From: a virus
Length of the DNA: 64,000 bases
Direction: 5' to 3' (one strand)
Virus record (IMG/VR): IMGVR_UViG_3300032893_000006
Span: 70,338-134,337 of that record
Shown here: piece after piece, positions 20,446 through 30,588 of the stretch
How positions within the stretch are numbered: the stretch's first letter is position 1
How the letters are laid out: each line of letters begins with the position of its first letter
Notes under the pieces: model-generated
Databases searched by the model: none
Seen by the model: the letters and a program-made list of their open reading frames with translations, nothing else
What the model was told of the DNA's origin: nothing
Program-made: the position numbers and the translations under genes

Positions 20446-22536
20446 ATGGCGACACCGGGACAATTTGTTGAGCAGGCGATGCTGTCTGGATGGGAGCAGG
20501 GCGCTGGTGAAAAGGATGCGCATAAAGAGCAGGAGCGTCAGCAGAAAATCACCGATTTGCTAGACCAGCGCGATGCACTGAAGTCAAAGTACGCCGCAAC
20601 ACTCGATGAAAAGGGTCAGCCGACTGACGCGACGTCGGCGATCAACCAGAGCATCCTTGCAAATCAGGCTGCAATTCGCGAATTTTACCATCCTGATAAG
20701 AATCCCGGCGCGATTGCGAAGTATGGCCGTCTGCTTATGGAGCGGATGCACATGGTCAAGCCACAACCGACCATAAATATTCCTTCGCAGTCAAGCGTTC
20801 CGCTGCCGCAAGATAGCTCAGTCTCGCTCGATGCGCTTCCGGCATACTCTCAGGCAACGGCTTCAAAAGATGCGTCCGGACAGACGCACCCTTCGAATGT
20901 GGCGCAACCGGGCGTTGCGGCATCGACAGTTTCAATGTCCTCTCCACCGGCTGCAACCGAGACGATGGTGATTGCAAATCCCAAAGGGCTTGTAGCACCG
21001 GGAAATCTGCCGATTTGGAATCGCCCCCTGATTCAGAATGCGGACGGAACTCACAGCAGCGACTATTCGGTCTCGTTCTCGAACGACAAGGGACAGGAGG
21101 TTCTTGTTCCGACGATTGTCGACGGAAAATTCCTCACTCCTGATGGCAAAAAGCCACCTGAGGGCAGCAAAGAAGAAAAGATGATGTTCGCCCGGGCGTG
21201 GCAGCATTACCTAAAGACCGGCCAGAACTTTGGCACCTTCGACAGCCCGGAAAACGCGGACCAGTACGCACAGCAGCTTCATGGACGCGGCCAGCGTCCG
21301 GGCACACTACCCACGGGACCACAAACGACCGTTTCTGGCCAACCGCTCACCGAAAGCCAGCGTGCGCACATGTTGAAGAATCAAGCTGCTGACAAGGCTG
21401 GTGCGGCTGGCGTTGAGGCAGGCGCACCAATGTCTCCCGCGCAGACAGCAGCGATTCAACGCGGCATCAATGCGGCTGACATGCAGGCCGATCTCGATCA
21501 GAAGATGGCGGCGTTCGACAAGCTCTATCCACACGCTACCGAAGAGCGGAGATCGCAGTACCGGGACATGGTTGCTGAAACCATGTTGGGTATCAAGCCA
21601 AGTCAGGAAGTCGGCAAGTGGATTCAGATGCCCGGAAAAGTTAACGGCCAGCCGGTTACTTTGCTCTACAACGAAAAGGACGGCACCTACAAGACACAAA
21701 CCGGCGAAGAAGTACCGGCAGAAGTTCTGCAGAATTTCATCGCCGATCCGAAGCAGACAAAGATGTCGGCGAACGACCGTTTGTGGGATGCTTATGCGGC
21801 TTCGCTAGGCAAGACGATGGATCAGTTAACCATGGCCGACAAACCCGGCTTCGAAACATGGCTGAACAAGATGAAAGCTCGTTCGACGACGAGACAAGTC
21901 GCGGTTCCTGATCGTGATGGCAACGTTCATATCATCGACCTCACGAGCATGTCGAGTCCTGTCGAAATTCTTTCTCCTCAGGTTCCAGCGCCTGCGGCAC
22001 CTACAGCGCCGAGCGCGCCACAGGGCGCAGGCGGAGCACCAACACCGCCGCGTCTACCGCACACCCCTTCTGGAAATATCGGCAACAAGCCGCGCGCACA
22101 AGTGAAGAACGATGTGATCCTTAATTTCAAAAAAGCAACGCCGGATTACACGAAAGCGAAGAACACATACGAGGATGCCAATCGAATCGCAGCTTTGGGG
22201 GATAAGTGGATTCAAGCGCCAAGCTCGGAAGCTGACGGCCAGTTTGTTCTCTCTCTGATTCGTTCGGAGGCTGGCCGCGTCAATGCACAGGAGATTGCAC
22301 AAGTCTTCCAAGCTGGTGGTATCTCAGAGGCCCCCGAACGTTGGGCGAGCAAGGTGGGTCATGGCGAACTATCTCCGGAACTACGGAAACAACTGCTTGA
22401 CTTTGTTCACATGCAACGCGATGCCGCCAAACAAGCTCTCGACTCGCTGGACAATTCGCAGGGGTCAGGAGCAGGGCAGAGCGGTGATTTTTGGTCGCAA
22501 CTCCCCGACCATAATCCAACTACCGGGGTGCGTTAA
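20446..22536 (+). CDS. Putative ejection (internal virion) protein
   Basis: 696 aa, helical and low-complexity; position after tail genes. Confidence 0.5.
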   Translation: MATPGQFVEQAMLSGWEQGAGEKDAHKEQERQQKITDLLDQRDALKSKYAATLDEKGQPTDATSAINQSILANQAAIREFYHPDKNPGAIAKYGRLLMERMHMVKPQPTINIPSQSSVPLPQDSSVSLDALPAYSQATASKDASGQTHPSNVAQPGVAASTVSMSSPPAATETMVIANPKGLVAPGNLPIWNRPLIQNADGTHSSDYSVSFSNDKGQEVLVPTIVDGKFLTPDGKKPPEGSKEEKMMFARAWQHYLKTGQNFGTFDSPENADQYAQQLHGRGQRPGTLPTGPQTTVSGQPLTESQRAHMLKNQAADKAGAAGVEAGAPMSPAQTAAIQRGINAADMQADLDQKMAAFDKLYPHATEERRSQYRDMVAETMLGIKPSQEVGKWIQMPGKVNGQPVTLLYNEKDGTYKTQTGEEVPAEVLQNFIADPKQTKMSANDRLWDAYAASLGKTMDQLTMADKPGFETWLNKMKARSTTRQVAVPDRDGNVHIIDLTSMSSPVEILSPQVPAPAAPTAPSAPQGAGGAPTPPRLPHTPSGNIGNKPRAQVKNDVILNFKKATPDYTKAKNTYEDANRIAALGDKWIQAPSSEADGQFVLSLIRSEAGRVNAQEIAQVFQAGGISEAPERWASKVGHGELSPELRKQLLDFVHMQRDAAKQALDSLDNSQGSGAGQSGDFWSQLPDHNPTTGVR

Positions 22537-25500
22537 TGCCTGACGGTACAATGTTGTTTTTTTCTCCTGACGGAAAAGTGAAAGAGGTCCCGTCTTCACT
22601 GGCCGACAAGGCACTTGCGAATGGTGGTGAGCGTGCAATTGTCTTCAATGCTCCTAATGGAAAGCAGAAGTTGGTTCCGCAGAGCAAGGTGAAAGACGCG
22701 CTCGACAATGGTGGCTACGTCGCAAACGCTTCAGACCTTACCGTCCACACCGGAGAAGGTGTCTACAAGATGGTTGGACAGGGTGGCAAAGCCATTTCTG
22801 TCCCGTATAGCCTGATCGGCAGTGCGTCGAAGATCGGCTATGTGATGGACCCATCCGAGCGCAAAAGATATACGCAAGATGCTGCCGCTGACCCACGGCT
22901 AAACAGCAACCAACATCTTCTACCGGGAGTAAAAGCGGTTGGACGCAATACTGCTGGCCAGACAGTGTACGCCGGAGAGTCCGGAACAGATCAAAAGACC
23001 AGCGCGTCGTCTCGATTCCTGTCAAGCGCAGGAGGAGCCGTTTCCGGGGCAGCAAAGGGGCTTTACCACGGCATTGTTGAGGGTCCACAAAACCCACACG
23101 AAGCTGCCATGATGGGTGAAGGCCCGGGCGAGAGTCCGGAGTGGCGCGATCCGATCCTTGGACGATTAACCATGGTGCTCGATAGGCTTCTCGTTCAACC
23201 ATCGGTTGTGCAGGCACAACAAGCCGTCGATGAGATGAAGAAAGCGAACGCGGCGACGCCGTGGTATTCATTTGCGCCGAACGGCGAAGCAAAAGAGCAT
23301 CGCCAGCTTGCTGCCGGTCATGCGCTTGCGGCGGCAGTGCCCGGTGTTGGGCCATGGGCCGCGCAGGTTGGTGAGCAGATCGGCCAGCAGATTGGCACTG
23401 GCGACGTCGCCGGTGCAGCCGGAACGCTCGCAGGCAATGTGGCAATCTACGAAGCGCCGCACGCTATCGGCAAGACGGCGAAATTTACCTTCGGTGTGCC
23501 AAAGTCGACCATGGATGCAGTGACTGAAACGACGCCTCGCGACATTCGCGAAATGGCAGAGAAGGTTGCCGAAGAGAACGAGGCGGCGCGCAAGAAAGCT
23601 GCTGACGACTACGCGAAGGCTCAGGAAACATATAAGCAAAAGAAAGCTGAAGCAGAACATGAGACTCGCGGTCGTGAGATCGGACACAAGTACGACGTCA
23701 AGCAGAAGGCGAAGCAGGGCGTTGAGAATTACCGCAAAGAAGCTGCCGACGTTGCCGAGCACAACGCCCGCGTCTGGAAGAAGACCTCCGAGGCTTATAA
23801 GTCGGAATTGGACAAGGTCCGCGACGACAACAAGCGGGTCACAGACAAATACGACGCCGAGCGCAGCCGCATTGAAGACGAGAACAAGGCCGCAGAGCAT
23901 CTGCTGGAGATGCGTCGTGCCGAAGAAGATGCTCTCGAAAAAGAGACAGAAGAATACTACGCCAAAGAAGATGCGGAAAAGGCTAAAGCGAAGGATGCGG
24001 AGAATGCTGCGTGGGAACCGTGGCATAAAAAGATGGATGAGGTTCCGGTTGATATCGGACCTGTTCAGGCAAAACTGAAGCCGATTCTGGACGTATCTCC
24101 TGAAGCTCGTCGTGCGATGTCTCAACTTACTCCTGACCCGGCTGATGTTGAGCCGGATTCCTTGTTTGCACAGGATCGCAAAGTTGTCATGGCGCAACAA
24201 GGCTACACTGGCGATTACTGGGATTTGCCACCAGATAGAAGAGCTATCATCGATCAGATCACCTCTTCAAACGGCTTCCAGCCAGAGCCAATTGATCTCA
24301 ATCCGCAGGGTGGTGGAACGATACCGCTGAAAATTATTCAGCGCGCTCAATCGATCATTGGAAGAAATATCGCCAAAGGCCGCTACGAAGGCCCGCTGCT
24401 TGGCGAGATGAAGCAGATACAGGCTGCTCTTCGTGGCGTCGTCACAACTGAGTCGGCGGCACATGGCGCTGCGTCGCTTCTCGATTCGGCGCGCAAAGCT
24501 ACGATTGACTATCAGGAAGCATTTGGGCGCGAGCGCCCGTCGCCGAAGACGCTCGATAAGATTCGCCAGAAGGGAGCCAACCCTGAGGAGTTCAAGGAGC
24601 GTGAGGAGGAAGAGCGCTTGGCTGGCGCGGCGAAATTATCTCCGGAGCTTGTCGAGGCGTACAAGAAAGTCAAGGCGCGCCGCGAAGCATTGAAGGCAAT
24701 GAAGACAGAAGACCAGCTTCGCAAATCGATTCAGCAGGTACCACCGCCTCCGACCGTAGGCGATCTGCGCCCCGGCTACAATCTCAAACCGAATCCGGTG
24801 TACCAGCTTCCGACCGTAGGCGATCTGCGTTCTGGATATGCTTTGAAACCTGAGCCGCAGATGCCTGCGGCTGGTGCCGCTATTGAAGAAGTGAAGCAGC
24901 CGGAACGTGTGCCCGTGCCCGAGGAACCATCGAACGAACCACCTCCACAAAAAACTATTTCCGGCGAAGATATCACCAAAGAAAAAGAGAAAAGAATCCG
25001 GGCGCAAGCAAGAGAACTCAGGAAGACTGGTTTACGCCGCGCGATGTATGCGACACTCACCGGCTTGCCTTTTGCAGTGATCGAGCTATTCACTCGCGCT
25101 GGCGCGACAGGTGCCGGTGAAGCGGCAATTGGTGGCCTTGCTGCCGGTGGAGTTGTACTCGCTGGATCGCAGATTATTGCAAACCTTGTTGAGAAGCCTG
25201 CGGTGAAGGCGTGGCTCTCACAGATCACTCCAAAAGATGCTGAGATGTGGTCGAAACTCCCTCCAGAGCAGAAAGCGCTTTTCACAGAAGACATGAAGGC
25301 GATTCTTGATGCGGCAGATAAAAGGAAGATTCCAGTATCGCCCATTTTTCGTGCGTTCGTTTCCGGTACTGCCGGTGCACAGCAGACGACGCCTGAGGAA
25401 CTTAAACAAAAGGCGGCGCAATACTGGCGGCAAATTCAATCGCAGCAGGCGACACCGACCGGAGGCAGTTCGAGTCCACAACCGGCGCTTTATAATCCAG

Positions 25501-25610
25501 AACCGGAGCCAGATGCTGGAGCATATACGGTCGGGCCGCAATCGATTAACCTTCCGCCAAGTGTTACGCATGTCTTCGATGAGAAGACGGGTACAATCGT
25601 TGCAGTGTAA
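22536..25610 (+). CDS. Putative ejection (internal virion) protein
   Basis: 1024 aa; long coiled coil, Gly/Ala hydrophobic segments, 20-aa tandem duplication. Confidence 0.5.
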   Translation: MPDGTMLFFSPDGKVKEVPSSLADKALANGGERAIVFNAPNGKQKLVPQSKVKDALDNGGYVANASDLTVHTGEGVYKMVGQGGKAISVPYSLIGSASKIGYVMDPSERKRYTQDAAADPRLNSNQHLLPGVKAVGRNTAGQTVYAGESGTDQKTSASSRFLSSAGGAVSGAAKGLYHGIVEGPQNPHEAAMMGEGPGESPEWRDPILGRLTMVLDRLLVQPSVVQAQQAVDEMKKANAATPWYSFAPNGEAKEHRQLAAGHALAAAVPGVGPWAAQVGEQIGQQIGTGDVAGAAGTLAGNVAIYEAPHAIGKTAKFTFGVPKSTMDAVTETTPRDIREMAEKVAEENEAARKKAADDYAKAQETYKQKKAEAEHETRGREIGHKYDVKQKAKQGVENYRKEAADVAEHNARVWKKTSEAYKSELDKVRDDNKRVTDKYDAERSRIEDENKAAEHLLEMRRAEEDALEKETEEYYAKEDAEKAKAKDAENAAWEPWHKKMDEVPVDIGPVQAKLKPILDVSPEARRAMSQLTPDPADVEPDSLFAQDRKVVMAQQGYTGDYWDLPPDRRAIIDQITSSNGFQPEPIDLNPQGGGTIPLKIIQRAQSIIGRNIAKGRYEGPLLGEMKQIQAALRGVVTTESAAHGAASLLDSARKATIDYQEAFGRERPSPKTLDKIRQKGANPEEFKEREEEERLAGAAKLSPELVEAYKKVKARREALKAMKTEDQLRKSIQQVPPPPTVGDLRPGYNLKPNPVYQLPTVGDLRSGYALKPEPQMPAAGAAIEEVKQPERVPVPEEPSNEPPPQKTISGEDITKEKEKRIRAQARELRKTGLRRAMYATLTGLPFAVIELFTRAGATGAGEAAIGGLAAGGVVLAGSQIIANLVEKPAVKAWLSQITPKDAEMWSKLPPEQKALFTEDMKAILDAADKRKIPVSPIFRAFVSGTAGAQQTTPEELKQKAAQYWRQIQSQQATPTGGSSSPQPALYNPEPEPDAGAYTVGPQSINLPPSVTHVFDEKTGTIVAV
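24749..24849 (+). repeat. Two-copy 60-nt in-frame repeat
   Basis: TCCGACCGTAGGCGATCTGCG at 24749 and 24809; PTVGDLRxGYxLKP twice. Confidence 0.85.
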
Positions 25611-28510
25611 TGCCAAATCAGAACAAACTCGTCAAGGTCAACGATCTTGGCATTGTTGCCTTCCCTGCGACGATGCCGGACGAGCAGGTAGCGTCTGTCA
25701 TCAAGGAGTTTCGCTCCAAACCAAACGATAGTCGTATTCACAAGGCTTCGCCTCACTTCATTGCGGATGTTTCGAAAACCCCGGACGCTGAAGTAGAAAA
25801 GACTGTCGAAATATCAAAGACTCAGCCGACCGAAATTGAAAAGAAACTCAAGGAATACAAGGGCACTTGGCCGCAGCTACCTGCGCCAGAGTTTCAGAAC
25901 AATCAGAACGAAGGAACGTACGCGATGTTTGGCGGAGATGCCAAGAATCCGCAAGCCGTCCAAGTTCCATTCAGCAGTATTCCTCAAGCTTTCCAAAAGG
26001 GCTACATTTGGTTCAATGGCGATGAAAAAAATCGCTACACAAATGATCTGAAGGCTGCGAAGCCGATTGGCTTGTCGCGGGCCACTGACTACGTGCAGCG
26101 GTCGCTTGCGTCGAAGCCCGGTGGCGATCCTATCGCAAACACGATGAAGGCGGTCGAGCGCGCAATCTATGTCGGTGCTCCCAGTTTCGTCGTCGATCTT
26201 GCCAAGAGCGCTTACACTGATGCAACCGGCCAGACTCAAGGCGCGCTAGTTGGCGCTCTCGATCCGGGCCAAATTCCCGCTGGCCTGTATCAGCAGTATC
26301 AAGAAGACGCCAAGGTCGATCAGCGTATGGCGCAAGACAACCTACTCGGTTCCCTGATTGGGTTGTATGCGACAGGAAAGATCGGTGAGAGCGCGCCAAA
26401 ACTTTCATCGAATCTAATTGGGGAAGCTAGCGTTCCAGAACGCTTCAACAGCCGCATCGTTCACTCAAATCCAGTGGGCGAAGTACGCATGGGTAAAGAT
26501 GGAGTGCCGACAATCTGGCTCCAGCCGAAGGCGTGGCATAACTACATGCGTGCGGCTCACCCGGAAGTATTAAATCCACACACAGTCCTCGGAGAGAACG
26601 TTCGCATCGATCCGGAGTTTATGAAGCTCTCGACGATGGAGCACCCGCAGAAGTATGCGGACTGGGCTCACGTGCGGGAACTTCTTAAAAAAGCCAACGA
26701 TGCGTCGACGCAGCAGACTGCCGTTCTTGCTCGCCGCAGCGGCGGAATCGGTCAAGCCGTAAATGTACTTCGCGAGGAAAAGATTCACTCGTGGCAACGA
26801 AGCTTATCGCAAAACCGCGATGTGATGAATCATCTTACACCGCAAGCATTCTCTCAGTTGGCAAGCGCAGTGCCAAAGCCGATGAGGGATCACCTGAATA
26901 GCGTATACGGACCTTCCTCGAATCCAGTGTTTGTAAGCGAGGCTGCAGCGCGGTATATCGCAAACGATCTGCAAGGAACGACTCCGGCAGATGCAGTCCA
27001 GTTCCTGTCGCAATATTTTGACGCGGTTGTTCAGCAGCATGGCCCGAATGCTCTTTCAACACTTGAGCGCACAAGGGGCCTTGCAAAACATCTACAGGAG
27101 GTCATTGATGAAGAACATCGTGGTACCGACAGAACAGCAACTCAAGGAAACGTTCGAGGCGTACCAGAAGGGCGGCAAGCAGGCACTCCTCCAATTACTG
27201 GAGCAACGCCAGAGCCAGCCTTCAATCGCCAACAAACTAAGTCTTCAGAGTTTAGAAACTGGTTTGGCGAATCCAAAGTAGTCGATGAGTACAACCAGCC
27301 AAAGATTGTTTATCACGGTACATACGGTAAAGATTTTTCAGAGTTTGAAACTGGCCATCACCCGGGGAAATCTACTCCCATTTCTAATTTTGGATTTTTT
27401 TTCACGGATAATCCGGAATTAGCAGGAGGTTTTGCCAAAAAAAGACGTGGGGCAAGACTGATTCCGGCGTATTTATCCATCAGAAACCCACTCATAGAAA
27501 AGGCTGCGCCAAGAAGCGGATTTAGTAAATCGGAAATCCTCGAAAACTTCGCGAACGATGACGAAAGGCAAGACTATATTGATAGAGCCAAGGCAGCGGG
27601 ACATGATGGGTTGATATTTGAGTCTACAGATGGAACTGAATATGTGGCTTTTAGACCGGATCAGATTAAAAGCGCAATCGGAAATCGTGGAACGTTTGAT
27701 TCAACAACCGGCAACATCTTATTTCGACGCGAACCATCAGGAAATACCGCCGAAAAAACGGTACCATACCTGCCGATCACGCCAGAGATGCGTCAGTCCC
27801 TTCAGCGTGAAGGTGTGCCGATGTTCCGGCGCGATGCATCAGCTATCGAAGCGGAAACGCAGGAAGGGAAGTCTCCTCTGGACCAGATCAGATCGCTGAA
27901 GCAGGAGGCAGAGCAGAGGAACCCATCCCTCGATCCCGTCATCGGCAACGACCGTCGCCGCAATAGCGGTCTGCGAAAGAGAATCTCAGAGATGACGCCG
28001 GAGGAGATGAGGAGAGTCCTTCTCACCAGCGAGACTGTCGATCTTCCCAATCGCCGCTCCTTCGATGAGGACCAGATGGACTACCCGGCTGCTGCAATTG
28101 GCCGGTCGGATGCCGACGCGTTGAAGGCGTTTAATGATAGATTTGGATACGAAAAAGGCAATGCTCTGCTGCGCGCCAAAGCTGATGCGCTCAAGCAAGT
28201 CGGCCTGCAGGCTTACCACGAGAAGGGCGACGAATTCCTCTATCGCGGCGACTCGCAGGATGAAATGAAAGAGAAGCTTGAGAAAGCCCGGGAGATTCTG
28301 AGAAATACGGTGTTCGACGTGACGCTCGACGACGGGAGAAGGCTACAACTCAAGGGGGTTGACTTCAGCTATGGCACAGGATCAGACCTCGAAGAAGCAG
28401 AGTCCAACCAGCACACCCACAAGTCCGAGCGGGAAGCTCGCGGCGAACGCAAGAGAGGTGAGCTTAGAGGAATTACTGAAATTGAAACCGTGGAAAGTGA
28501 GAAGCATTAA
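25610..28510 (+). CDS. Polyvalent ejection-type protein with ART-PolyVal-like and GGDEF-like domains
   Basis: FRNWFGESKVVD...VYHGT...FFFTDN...AYLSIRNP...GHDGLIF...QIKSAIGNRGTFD; C-terminal NRRSF...DADALKAFNDRFGYEKGNALL...KGDEF. Confidence 0.75.
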   Translation: MPNQNKLVKVNDLGIVAFPATMPDEQVASVIKEFRSKPNDSRIHKASPHFIADVSKTPDAEVEKTVEISKTQPTEIEKKLKEYKGTWPQLPAPEFQNNQNEGTYAMFGGDAKNPQAVQVPFSSIPQAFQKGYIWFNGDEKNRYTNDLKAAKPIGLSRATDYVQRSLASKPGGDPIANTMKAVERAIYVGAPSFVVDLAKSAYTDATGQTQGALVGALDPGQIPAGLYQQYQEDAKVDQRMAQDNLLGSLIGLYATGKIGESAPKLSSNLIGEASVPERFNSRIVHSNPVGEVRMGKDGVPTIWLQPKAWHNYMRAAHPEVLNPHTVLGENVRIDPEFMKLSTMEHPQKYADWAHVRELLKKANDASTQQTAVLARRSGGIGQAVNVLREEKIHSWQRSLSQNRDVMNHLTPQAFSQLASAVPKPMRDHLNSVYGPSSNPVFVSEAAARYIANDLQGTTPADAVQFLSQYFDAVVQQHGPNALSTLERTRGLAKHLQEVIDEEHRGTDRTATQGNVRGVPEGRQAGTPPITGATPEPAFNRQQTKSSEFRNWFGESKVVDEYNQPKIVYHGTYGKDFSEFETGHHPGKSTPISNFGFFFTDNPELAGGFAKKRRGARLIPAYLSIRNPLIEKAAPRSGFSKSEILENFANDDERQDYIDRAKAAGHDGLIFESTDGTEYVAFRPDQIKSAIGNRGTFDSTTGNILFRREPSGNTAEKTVPYLPITPEMRQSLQREGVPMFRRDASAIEAETQEGKSPLDQIRSLKQEAEQRNPSLDPVIGNDRRRNSGLRKRISEMTPEEMRRVLLTSETVDLPNRRSFDEDQMDYPAAAIGRSDADALKAFNDRFGYEKGNALLRAKADALKQVGLQAYHEKGDEFLYRGDSQDEMKEKLEKAREILRNTVFDVTLDDGRRLQLKGVDFSYGTGSDLEEAESNQHTHKSEREARGERKRGELRGITEIETVESEKH

Positions 28511-28530
28511 AATCCACACAGCGTAATCCG

Positions 28531-29454
28531 ATGGAAAGCTCGCCGCAAATTCTCACCACACTCGAACGCTGTCCCTGCGCCGCCCATTTCGCAAGAGATT
28601 GGCGGCGCGCTAAGTTTGACGAGATCGGCATACTCCATGAAGGTCTCCGCGCCGGTCTGACAACCCCTCGTCCAGATCATGGACAGTGCGCAGGTGAGCA
28701 GGTTTACAGCTTTGGCGCGGAACCCGGTCTCCTGACCGACCACTACGACGTCTACGCTCAGGTCGTCCATCTTGCTGCCCTTGCCGACATCATGGCCACA
28801 GCCGTCAGAAAAAAAGGCGACGTGCCTTGGAAGGTTCCCGGTCGTGTCGAACTTTCATCGACAGCGACGTGGAAGTCTGAGGCTTTCTTGTCGCCGGATG
28901 GATCGCATCTGCGCCGCGTCGTTCTTGCTAGCAACTGGTCCGACGACCGGCATTATTCAGAGGTACGCGGGTGGCGTACTCTTGGCGAAGTTTGTATCCA
29001 CGGCCTACCGATGCAGCAGGTGGTGTGCGTGATCGGCCAGAGCAGAAGCGGCAAGCGCCATAGTTGGTGGACGCATGGCCTCCGCCACCCGGTCAACAAG
29101 AAGCTCAGGTTTCGAAAGAAAAATCAGATCGAGCAGCCATTCAAATCCACATGGAAAGAAGTCTGGCGCGAGGACTTCGACGACATCACTACTGACGAAT
29201 GGCTACAGGCCATGCTAGAGGACGATATCTTGAAGGATTGCTGCTTCAAGGTGGACGTTCCCGTGCCAGAGAAGGTCGCTCGCCAAAAGATCATTGATCT
29301 CGCGATCCGCAAACTCGAAATAATCGACGGAATGGAAGATAAGCCAGATCAGAATTTGACAACCTGTGACTGGCCTTCTCCCTGTTTTTTCAGAGTTCCC
29401 TGCCACAAAAACGAGGAGCCTAACTCCCGCCAAGGATTTGTGAGGATCGAGTAG
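28531..29454 (+). CDS. Hypothetical protein, possibly a degenerate Cas4/RecB-like nuclease
   Basis: 307 aa; N-terminal Cys and C-terminal CDWPSPCFFRVPC; catalytic motif not clear. Confidence 0.4.
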   Translation: MESSPQILTTLERCPCAAHFARDWRRAKFDEIGILHEGLRAGLTTPRPDHGQCAGEQVYSFGAEPGLLTDHYDVYAQVVHLAALADIMATAVRKKGDVPWKVPGRVELSSTATWKSEAFLSPDGSHLRRVVLASNWSDDRHYSEVRGWRTLGEVCIHGLPMQQVVCVIGQSRSGKRHSWWTHGLRHPVNKKLRFRKKNQIEQPFKSTWKEVWREDFDDITTDEWLQAMLEDDILKDCCFKVDVPVPEKVARQKIIDLAIRKLEIIDGMEDKPDQNLTTCDWPSPCFFRVPCHKNEEPNSRQGFVRIE

Positions 29455-29457
29455 AGC

Positions 29458-30030
29458 TTACACCCACTGCCCCGAGTTCATTTCGCTGGCTTTCAGGTGC
29501 TCATCTTCGTCGGCCTCTGGAGCAGCCAAGGCTGTGTCCATGGCTGCTCCACCGCCACGACCGGGAGTAAACGGAAGCTCGGGGATAGGCACGTTGTATG
29601 GACTCGGAGCCAGAGCAGCAGACGGCACGAGTGGTTGTAGCGGCGGGGGTTGCGGTGCGATGTAATGGTCGGACATGACCTGCTCCATCGTCACCTGTCG
29701 AGGGCTCGGGTATTGCAGAGCAGGGGATGCCCCCGGGGGATAGCCCATCGGCTGTTGCTGCCCACGCAAAACAGCGAGGGTGTTGACCAAGGACTTCACC
29801 TCGGCATCCCGGGCGTTGTAGACTCCGCCGATCTGGGTCAGCTTTGCGCTCACGACGGACCAGTCCCGGGCGGCTCCATCTCTTTCCTTCAATGCCGCCG
29901 TCAGCCGCTTCTCTACCGCCCTGACGGCGACGGCGAGAGACTGATTATTCCGGGCCGTCCGGCGCTTGGAACGCGCTCCACGGGCCTGCTGTGGCTTCTG
30001 GCGGGGTGTTTCTGAGAGAGAATCTGTCAT
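29458..30030 (-). CDS. Coiled-coil, Pro-rich hypothetical protein
   Basis: Long ORF in the minus-strand operon. Confidence 0.5.
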   Translation of the reverse strand: MTDSLSETPRQKPQQARGARSKRRTARNNQSLAVAVRAVEKRLTAALKERDGAARDWSVVSAKLTQIGGVYNARDAEVKSLVNTLAVLRGQQQPMGYPPGASPALQYPSPRQVTMEQVMSDHYIAPQPPPLQPLVPSAALAPSPYNVPIPELPFTPGRGGGAAMDTALAAPEADEDEHLKASEMNSGQWV

Positions 30031-30075
30031 GTGAGCGAGAATAACCACTCGCCGCTGGCGTTGCAAGGGTAGAAT

Positions 30076-30582
30076 TCAGTTCATCTGTTGGAAACTCTGC
30101 GCTGTCAGACCCGGGATGGGCTCACACATGACGGCGGTTTCGATAATCCGCCAGTCAGCCTCATTGGCCTCGACATTGCCGTAGCGCCGACCCGAGAAAA
30201 TCTCCCGGTAGTATGGCAACCGGTGTTCCGGGCTCTGAAGCTCGCGCCAGCAGTCTTCGCAGAGCGGGAACATCCCGCTGGCCGGGGAGATCATGGTTGT
30301 GTGTGGCTTGACGATGGCCCATGGAAGCTGGCACCGGCCACAGCAGTTAAAATTCGGGAACAGCGCCTGCAGAAGAGTGGCGATCTGCTGTCTGCGGTAG
30401 CACTGGCCGGTCGGCACGTCATCGAGCGGACCCTTGGCTGTTTTCTCATGGGATGGCGATCCGGAGACACCGATTTCGCTGTCGGGGATGTAGAAGCCCT
30501 CGCGGCGCGCCGCCTCAGCCGAGTTGCGAACGAAGCGAGTTCCCGCTTCTGGAATCGGTTTCTTTTTCTTGAACCCAAACAT
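30076..30582 (-). CDS. Cys-rich hypothetical protein
   Basis: CCGRCQLPW and LCEDCW motifs. Confidence 0.55.
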   Translation of the reverse strand: MFGFKKKKPIPEAGTRFVRNSAEAARREGFYIPDSEIGVSGSPSHEKTAKGPLDDVPTGQCYRRQQIATLLQALFPNFNCCGRCQLPWAIVKPHTTMISPASGMFPLCEDCWRELQSPEHRLPYYREIFSGRRYGNVEANEADWRIIETAVMCEPIPGLTAQSFQQMN

Positions 30583-30588
30583 AGTCCC

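Noticed and set aside
22738-25345. Long antisense ORFs (235, 310 and 189 aa) opposite the ejection gene
   Set aside because: Shadow frames of a GC3-biased coding strand with no motifs or RBS.
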